Of a stretch of 32,000 bases of DNA, positions 9,920 through 16,036 are shown one piece after another. The position numbers were made by a program, and so were the translations under genes. Source of the stretch: Hyphomicrobium sp. (GTDB lineage: Bacteria; Pseudomonadota; Alphaproteobacteria; Rhizobiales; Hyphomicrobiaceae); the NCBI GenBank assembly GCA_035325525.1, contig DAOKZR010000004.1:250807-282806 (forward strand), in the 5' to 3' direction. How positions within the stretch are numbered: the stretch's first letter is position 1; every line of letters starts with the position of its first letter. A model generated the notes under the pieces. The model did not search any database and was not told the origin of the DNA. It saw only the letters and a list, made by a program, of their open reading frames with translations.

Positions 9920-11230
9920 TCATTTGCCAAACCACGCCTGCCACATCTCGACAGCGCGCGCACTCCAGGTTTTGGGTGGCGCATGGGGCGCTGCAGACGT
10001 GGCTTGATCGCCTTCGGCCGCGGCTGAGGGCTCGCCTGGTGGGCTCGTTGATGCTGCGCGCGCTGCCGCGAGGGATTGGGAAATCGACCCTGTCTCGTGC
10101 GCGCTAGCGGGCTTGCCGCTCGCGCCCTGCCCACTGTCGGCCTGCGCCCGCACGGCCGGTACGCTTTCCGCCTGCGCAGCCTCGCCCTCAGCCGGCATGC
10201 CTTCCGGTTCGATCATATCGGAAGCAGCGTCCGCCGGTTCAGCCGTCTCAGGGGACGCAGCGGCGTGAGGTTTGGGAGCAGCCGGTGCGGGAGCGGCGGC
10301 AGGCGCGGGGGCCGGGGCCGGCGCGGCGTCGCGGGCGGCCTTCTCTGCTTGGGGTACTTCGCCCTCTATCGTCTTTACGATTGCGCTGACGGGGCGATCC
10401 TGCCCGACCTGCGGCAACCCCTTCGCATCCTTCTCGATGGCCGCGTCGTACTCGGCGACGGTCGTCACCGGCGCTTTAGCCGTCAGGTGCACGACCTTGT
10501 AACCACCTTGCTTGAGGGCGGCGAGCAGGAGCGGAACGGCCTTGGCCGTCTTCTTATGGATGTCGTGCATCAAGACGATGCCCTTGCCGTTCTTGGCCAG
10601 CTTGGTCATCACCGTTTTCACGATGTTCTCGGGCGACTGGATCTTGAAATCCAGGCTGTCGATGTCTGTCGAGAACATCGCGATATTGCGTTTGCCCAGG
10701 TATTCCAGCGAGTCCTTGGTGTCGACCAGCGTCGGATAGCGAAAGAAGGGGGCGATGGATCCCCCGACCGCGCGGTGAACGGCCGAGACGCCGCGCTCGA
10801 TTTCGTCCTTACCCTCATCGAAGCTCTTCAGTTTGCCGATGGCCTTGTGGCTCCAGGTATGCGTGCCGACCGTATGACCGGCGTGCGCGACCTCGCGGAT
10901 GATCTCGGGATAGCCCAACGCCATCTTGCCGATCGAGAAGAAGGTCGCCTTCACGCACTCGTCGGCGAGCGCGGCCAGAATGGCTTCTGTCGAGTACTTC
11001 TGGGGCCCGTCGTCAAATGTGAGCACAACCTCCTTGGGCTGGAGGAAGTCGTTGGCCTTGTAGTGCTCGAAGCCGAATCCGGGCCCCCCAGTCGTGTCGA
11101 TCTGCACGGTGCGCGAAACGCCCAGAGCGTTCGGATTGGTACAAGGCGGCGCGCTTTGTGCAATCGCTGCACCCGAAGAGAAGAATGCGGCCATCGCTGC
11201 AACGGCCACCGCCGCCGTGTGCGCCCTCAT
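9920..11230 (-). CDS. Polysaccharide deacetylase (NodB homology domain) with a C-terminal Ala/Pro-rich low-complexity tail
   Basis: ORF track 9920..11323. I start at ATG 11230 (GGGAGGA SD; signal peptide MRAHTAAVAVAAMAAFFSSGAAIAQS). NodB motifs: VVLTFDDGP, HTVGTHTWSH, FFRYP, VLMHD. The C-terminal ~150 aa are A/P/E-rich. Confidence 0.9.
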   Translation of the reverse strand: MRAHTAAVAVAAMAAFFSSGAAIAQSAPPCTNPNALGVSRTVQIDTTGGPGFGFEHYKANDFLQPKEVVLTFDDGPQKYSTEAILAALADECVKATFFSIGKMALGYPEIIREVAHAGHTVGTHTWSHKAIGKLKSFDEGKDEIERGVSAVHRAVGGSIAPFFRYPTLVDTKDSLEYLGKRNIAMFSTDIDSLDFKIQSPENIVKTVMTKLAKNGKGIVLMHDIHKKTAKAVPLLLAALKQGGYKVVHLTAKAPVTTVAEYDAAIEKDAKGLPQVGQDRPVSAIVKTIEGEVPQAEKAARDAAPAPAPAPAAAPAPAAPKPHAAASPETAEPADAASDMIEPEGMPAEGEAAQAESVPAVRAQADSGQGASGKPASAHETGSISQSLAAARAASTSPPGEPSAAAEGDQATSAAPHAPPKTWSARAVEMWQAWFGK

Positions 11231-11472
11231 AACCCGTCCTCCCAAGATCAAAAGTGATTCCCCAAAGCCGTCCGGCGCATGTTGTCCCGCTTGGCGCGCA
11301 CAAACGCAACCCGTTAAACACACACGCTGAAATTATGCCAAAACACGGGCGCTGCCGGCACACGCAACGCGCGCCGGGCTTAACAGAATGCGTGAGGTTG
11401 CCGTGGCTTTTCACGGCCCCAGGGGCGTTGCGTGCGCGCAGGGCGGCCCCTGCGTAGCGCGATTCGATCCGC

Positions 11473-11802
11473 TTACTTGGGGACTTCGACGCTAACCTTG
11501 AACGAGGCGAAATAGGCCGCGAGATCCGCAATATCCTGGTCCGACAGCGCTCCGGCGACCACCGTCATCTGCGGGTTCTTGCGCTCGCCGCTCTTATAGT
11601 CGTGAAGAGCCTTGGCGACATACACTTGGTTCTGGCCGGCAAGATTGGGCGCTTCGGGAAGCGTAGCGATCCCATTTGCGCCATGACAAGCGGCGCACAT
11701 CGTCGCCTTCTTCTTGCCTGCGGCCGCGTCGCCCGCAGCATCTGCGGGCCCGGTGAAAGCGAATGCAGCGATCAAAGCCGGCAGGATAATCAGCGTGCGC
11801 AA
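11473..11802 (-). CDS. Mono-haem class I cytochrome c, exported
   Basis: ORF track, 109 aa. Signal peptide [22 protein letters not shown], haem site CAACHG, distal Met in NPQMTVV. Lies directly downstream of the PQQ dehydrogenase on the same strand. Confidence 0.9.
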   Translation of the reverse strand: MRTLIILPALIAAFAFTGPADAAGDAAAGKKKATMCAACHGANGIATLPEAPNLAGQNQVYVAKALHDYKSGERKNPQMTVVAGALSDQDIADLAAYFASFKVSVEVPK

Positions 11803-11846
11803 GCGGGTCTCCTATGAATGTGTCCGCGAAACGCGGCCGATAGAGG

Positions 11847-11890
11847 CCGGGCCCGCGCCATATTCGGCACGGGCCCGGCAAGCGTTTTTT
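11847..11890. other. Intercistronic 9-bp GC hairpin (ccgggcccg/cgggcccgg) between the dehydrogenase and cytochrome c genes; the T6 run sits on the + strand side
   Basis: Arms are 11847..11855 and 11870..11878. TTTTTT at 11885..11890 abuts the dehydrogenase stop codon. On the coding (-) strand it is preceded by A6 and not followed by U. Confidence 0.5.
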
Positions 11891-11891
11891 C

Positions 11892-13154
11892 TCAGTTACC
11901 GTACGAGATGCGATAGATCGCGCCCACGAGGTCGTCGGAGACCAGCAGCGATCCGTCCGCCATCTGCGTCACGCTGACCGGACGACCAGCATATTCGCCG
12001 GTATCCAGCAGCCAACCCTCGGCGAAGACTTCCGTCGCCCCGTTGGTGCCGTCCTCATTGATCGCAGTGAACATCACACGCGCACCCACCGGGTTGGTCC
12101 GGTTCCATGAACCATGCTGCGCGGAGAAGATGCCGCCCCGATACTTTTTGGGGAACATCTTACCCGTGTAGAACGTCAAGCCGAGATCGGCGGCATGCGC
12201 GTCATACTCGTGCGCGGGAAATACGACATCTGCCGGCGGCTCGCTGTCCTTGTATTCATTGGTGCGCACCTTACCGCCGCCATACCAGGGGAACCCGAAG
12301 TTCTGTCCGGCAGCCGTGGCGTGATTGAGTTCGCCCGGCGGGATTTCGTCACCCATGCCGTCGACCTGGTTGTCGTTGAACCACAGCGTGCCGTCCTTCG
12401 GGTTGAAGTCCATGCCTACGCTGTTGCGGATGCCGGTGGCGAACACTTCGCGGTTCTTGCCGTCGCGATCCATACGGATGATGCCGCCGAGACCCCACTT
12501 GTTGTAGAGTTCCAGCTTCTCCGGCGCAGGTACGTTGAAGGGCTGCCCAAGCGTAATATAGAGTTTGTTGTCGGGCCCGATACGGCACACGCGAGCGGTG
12601 TGATTGTAGCTCTCTTCCTCCGGCGGAATGAGTTCGCCCTGCTTCACGACGTTGAAGGCGGCGACGTCAGGCCCCTCATAGAAGAACTCGGCGGCCGGAA
12701 ACAGCAGAACGCGGTTCTGCTCGACGATGTAAAGGAACCCGTCCTTCGAGAAGCACACGCCGTTGGGAATGGTGAAGTTGATCGACGGAGCGAATTCCTT
12801 GACCTCGTCGGCGACGCGGTCGCGGTTGCGATCGGTAACCGCATAGACCTTGTTCTTGCGCGTGCCTACAAACGTCACGACGCCTTGTGGGCCCACAGTC
12901 ATCTCGCGCGCATCCGGCACGACCGCATAGAGCGAGATCTTGAAGCCTTGCGGCAACTTGATCTTCTTCAGGATGTTGTTGATCGCCTTAACGTTGTCAC
13001 CCTTCTGGTCGATGGTCGGAATATCCATCGACGTGCCCGTGCTCTTGAACTCTCCAAGCTTTTCCAGATTGCCAGGCGGGTTGGTGGATTGCGCCAGCGC
13101 GGGGCTCGCTAGAACGGCCGCGGCGGCAACACTGATCATGAGACGCTTCAGCAT
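11892..13154 (-). CDS. PQQ-dependent sugar (glucose/sorbosone-type) dehydrogenase, periplasmic beta-propeller
   Basis: ORF track, 420 aa. Signal peptide MLKRLMISVAAAAVLASPALAQ. GSDH-family-like blocks: GGIIRMDRDGKN, FATGIRNSVGMDFNPKDGTLWFNDNQVDGMGDEIPPGELN, GQNFGFPWY, HAADLGLTFY, GSLLVSDD. Cytochrome c partner downstream and pqqAB in the same window. Confidence 0.85.
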   Translation of the reverse strand: MLKRLMISVAAAAVLASPALAQSTNPPGNLEKLGEFKSTGTSMDIPTIDQKGDNVKAINNILKKIKLPQGFKISLYAVVPDAREMTVGPQGVVTFVGTRKNKVYAVTDRNRDRVADEVKEFAPSINFTIPNGVCFSKDGFLYIVEQNRVLLFPAAEFFYEGPDVAAFNVVKQGELIPPEEESYNHTARVCRIGPDNKLYITLGQPFNVPAPEKLELYNKWGLGGIIRMDRDGKNREVFATGIRNSVGMDFNPKDGTLWFNDNQVDGMGDEIPPGELNHATAAGQNFGFPWYGGGKVRTNEYKDSEPPADVVFPAHEYDAHAADLGLTFYTGKMFPKKYRGGIFSAQHGSWNRTNPVGARVMFTAINEDGTNGATEVFAEGWLLDTGEYAGRPVSVTQMADGSLLVSDDLVGAIYRISYGN

Positions 13155-13536
13155 CTGATTTTCATCTCCCTGGAATTTTCTAGTTCTTTTGCAAACAAAC
13201 CATCGTGATACGGGCCCTCAGGAGGCTATCCATCCTCGGGTTGATCCAAGGATCGTGACGTGCCGGAATGCGTGGCGCCCACAGACGCCGCACCTGAAGG
13301 TCCTATTACCTCAATACCCCCGCACCGACCCGAACATGTATTACCCGGATACCACCAAAGTCGAATTTTTAGGCTTTTGGTCAGATTTTCTCACCACACC
13401 CCTAACAACCCGTTCTTGAACGAGAAATGGCCCCTCCCGCGATGTTCCAGGCAAGCGGCCATGCCGTCCGGCTTGCGCTGCGCTGCACAAACCCCGTAGA
13501 TGCTGCGTACTTCAGTTTGTTTTGGAGCAAAGCGTT

Positions 13537-13860
13537 ATGACCCGATTGATTTCACGGATCCTCGCCGCCGCAATATCGGCGGCTGCGGCAGCCTCGGCGG
13601 TGGCTCCCGCTTCCGCGGGGCCCGCCCGGGGGGGGGCGGTGGCAAAAAGCTTTTCCGCCCCCCCCGCAGTGCTAAAGGTTCATGACCGCCGCTACCATCA
13701 CCGTCAGTACCCGCGCTACGAACGCCACGTCGATGCGCCGTTCACGCACGTGGAGACGGGTCGCCGCGTTGTCGTCGAGGCCCCCTTCGCAACGGTCTAC
13801 GCCGGCCGTCGCGGCCGCTACGTCCGCGCGCCGTTCGTCGATCTGTGGATCCCGCGCTGA
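13537..13860 (+). CDS. Hypothetical small exported protein with three (D/E/R)APF-x-x-V repeats
   Basis: ORF track 13522..13860. ATG 13537 gives signal peptide MTRLISRILAAAISAAAAASAVAPASA. The C-terminal half is His/Arg/Tyr-rich with VDAPFTHV / VEAPFATV / VRAPFVDL. Confidence 0.55.
   Translation: MTRLISRILAAAISAAAAASAVAPASAGPARGGAVAKSFSAPPAVLKVHDRRYHHRQYPRYERHVDAPFTHVETGRRVVVEAPFATVYAGRRGRYVRAPFVDLWIPR
13629..13665. repeat. Inverted homopolymer hairpin GGGGGGGGCGG-N15-CCGCCCCCCCC inside the CDS
   Basis: G9 run at 13628..13636 and C8 run at 13658..13665. The 11-nt arms are perfectly complementary. The spacer contains the palindrome AAAAGCTTTT. Confidence 0.9.
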
Positions 13861-14111
13861 TCCCTATCTGCACCTTGGGTGTTTCGCTCGGCCGGCTGTG
13901 CCATCAAGGATCGACCCGATGACATGCCGGCGCGGCGTTGCTTGTCCCCGTCCCGGCGCGCTGCGGCCACAGTTTGTCGAAAATGCTGTGACGGATTTTG
14001 CATTTGTCCCCTCTGGCCCGAAACAGAGTTCGACATTTCGACATAATGTGCTCTTACTGGTGACTCCGGATGCGGGCCATCGTCTAAGTCAAGCGTTTTT
14101 GGGGGTTACAA

Positions 14112-14624
14112 ATGTTCAATCGCGTCTCGACGCCAGATCCGCGCGCTGGCGAGTCCGCCCGCGCCAACGGCACTCTCTCCGTCCCATCGACGAAATCCAC
14201 GCCGCCGCCGCCATTCGCGCAGGCGACGTCGCAATCTGGCGCACAGAGCGGACAGGTGACGATGCGTGCGCCCGATGCCCCGACTTCGGTCCTGGGACCG
14301 GACATTACCATCATCGGCCAGCAACTGGTGCTCAAGACCAAGGGCTCGCTGCTGATCGCCGGACAGATCCAGGGCGACGTGCACGGTGAAAGCGTCACGG
14401 TGGGCGAAAGCGGCGCGGTGACGGGAACGATCACCGCGCGCACGATTGCCGTTCAGGGAGAGGTGCGCGGCGCGCTCAAGGGATCGGCTGTCTACCTTCA
14501 TGCGACGTCGCGCGTCGACGGGGACATCGTCAAGCAAACGCTGGCCATCGCGGAAGGCGCGCAGTTCGATGGCAGCGTGCGCCGTGCGCGCGACGTGAGC
14601 GAAGTCACGCCCGACCTCGCGTGA
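14112..14624 (+). CDS. Bactofilin (polymer-forming cytoskeletal protein, DUF583)
   Basis: ORF track, 170 aa. Disordered Pro/Ser-rich N-terminus, then the bactofilin beta-helix pattern SVLGPDITIIGQQLVLKTKGSLLIAGQIQGDVHGESVTVGESGAVTGTITARTIAVQGEVRGALKGSAVYLHATSRVDGDIVKQTLAIAEGAQFDGSV. Confidence 0.9.
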   Translation: MFNRVSTPDPRAGESARANGTLSVPSTKSTPPPPFAQATSQSGAQSGQVTMRAPDAPTSVLGPDITIIGQQLVLKTKGSLLIAGQIQGDVHGESVTVGESGAVTGTITARTIAVQGEVRGALKGSAVYLHATSRVDGDIVKQTLAIAEGAQFDGSVRRARDVSEVTPDLA

Positions 14625-14663
14625 GCTAAACTTTTCAGGGCCGATTTATTGATCAATATCGGG

Positions 14664-14691
14664 ATGCCGGGTCACAGCCCGGCATTTTTTT
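14664..14691 (+). terminator. Rho-independent terminator after the bactofilin gene
   Basis: atgccggg-tcacag-cccggcat followed by TTTTTTT. Confidence 0.8.
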
Positions 14692-14703
14692 GTCCTAAGT
14701 CAA
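14690..14703. promoter_or_regulatory. FNR/Dnr/NnrR-like box TTGTC-CTAA-GTCAA upstream of the CCP/qNOR-like operon
   Basis: One mismatch to TTGA-N6-TCAA, and it shares the GTCAA half-site with the hemN box. TATTATAAA (14721..14729) lies about where the -10 of a class II (-41.5) promoter would be. The operon ATG is at 14801. Confidence 0.4.
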
Positions 14704-14800
14704 ACACGCTTCCTCGCAAGTATTATAAAGGTTCCCTCAGGGTTAGATTAACTGACAAGCTCAGTCCGCAATAAGAAACTGAGATTGGAGGGAGGAAACT

Positions 14801-16036
14801 ATGATTGCAGGCCGATTGCGCGTTGCGCAAAGCCGGAAGACGGCTCGTTGGCTGGGGCGGGTTGGCCCGATGGTATTCATCGCGGTCCTCGCACTGGTGT
14901 CCTTGAAGTTCACGCAGCAGCAGACGGTTGCGGCCGACCAACAATCCACGTTGAGCCCGCTCGAACAGCTCGGCGCCGAATTGTTCGTCGACGTGAACCT
15001 CTCACTTAATCGAAAGCAAGCGTGCGCGACCTGCCACGACCCCGACCATGCGTTTGCTGATCCGCGCACCTCGAAAGCCGGGCGCGCTGTTTCAACAGGC
15101 GACGACGGACAATCGATTGGCGACCGGAATGCGCCGACGCTGTCGTACGCCCACCTCACACCGCCTTTGACCAAGCGGCCCGACGGGACCCTGATGGGGG
15201 GATTTTTCTGGGATGGCCGCGCGGATACTCTCGAGGACCAGGCCAAGGGGCCCTTCTTGAACCCTGTCGAGATGGCAATGCCTGATGGTGCGTCCGTAGG
15301 AAAACGCATCTTGGAAAACGAAAAATACGTCGCCCGTTTCAAGGAGCTGTTCGGTCCAGACGTCGTGCTAGATCCCGAGCAGACGTTCGATGCGGCAGCC
15401 AAGGCTTTGGCCGCATACGAGCGCACGAGCGTGTTCTCGCCCTTCGATTCAAAGTACGATCGCTGGTTGCGCGGAGAGGCGACGCTCACCCCGCAGGAGG
15501 AATTCGGGCGGATCGTGTTCGCAACGTGGAACTGCGAGAACTGCCATAGGCCGAGGCGGCTGGGCGATCCTGGCACGGAGCTTTTTACCAACTTCGAGTA
15601 CCATAATATCGGGGTCCCGGCGAATGCACGTGTGCGCACGCTGAACGGCAAGGGCGAACGTTTTGTAGACGCAGGATTGCGCGATGGTGCGGCTGCGTCG
15701 GACACGACGCAGGCCGGCAAGTTCAAGGTTCCCACGCTGCGCAACATCGCCGTTACCGGTCCCTATATGCACAACGGCGTGTTCGAAAAGCTGAGAACTG
15801 CAATTGAGTTCTACAACAAATACACCAGCAGCCGCTCGACTTTGCAGATCAATCCTGAAACCGGAGCCGCCTGGGGCGAGCCGGAGGTCGCAGACAACAT
15901 CTCCAACGCCCAGCTCAAGACTGCGCTCTCGATGAACAACATGAGAGTTGTTGCGCTCGAAGCGTTCCTCAAAACGTTGACCGATAAGCGGTACGAGCAT
16001 CTGCTCACCGCCGAAAGTGGTGGAGAGCAGCAATGA
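14801..16036 (+). CDS. Di-haem cytochrome c peroxidase / MauG family protein, N-terminally membrane-anchored
   Basis: ORF track, 411 aa. GGAGGGAGGA SD. TM/signal anchor MVFIAVLALVSLKF. Two haem sites, CATCH and CENCH. CCP blocks: DRNAPTLSYA, FFWDGRADTLEDQAKGPFLNPVEM, FKVPTLRNIAVTGPYMHNG. Confidence 0.9.
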   Translation: MIAGRLRVAQSRKTARWLGRVGPMVFIAVLALVSLKFTQQQTVAADQQSTLSPLEQLGAELFVDVNLSLNRKQACATCHDPDHAFADPRTSKAGRAVSTGDDGQSIGDRNAPTLSYAHLTPPLTKRPDGTLMGGFFWDGRADTLEDQAKGPFLNPVEMAMPDGASVGKRILENEKYVARFKELFGPDVVLDPEQTFDAAAKALAAYERTSVFSPFDSKYDRWLRGEATLTPQEEFGRIVFATWNCENCHRPRRLGDPGTELFTNFEYHNIGVPANARVRTLNGKGERFVDAGLRDGAAASDTTQAGKFKVPTLRNIAVTGPYMHNGVFEKLRTAIEFYNKYTSSRSTLQINPETGAAWGEPEVADNISNAQLKTALSMNNMRVVALEAFLKTLTDKRYEHLLTAESGGEQQ

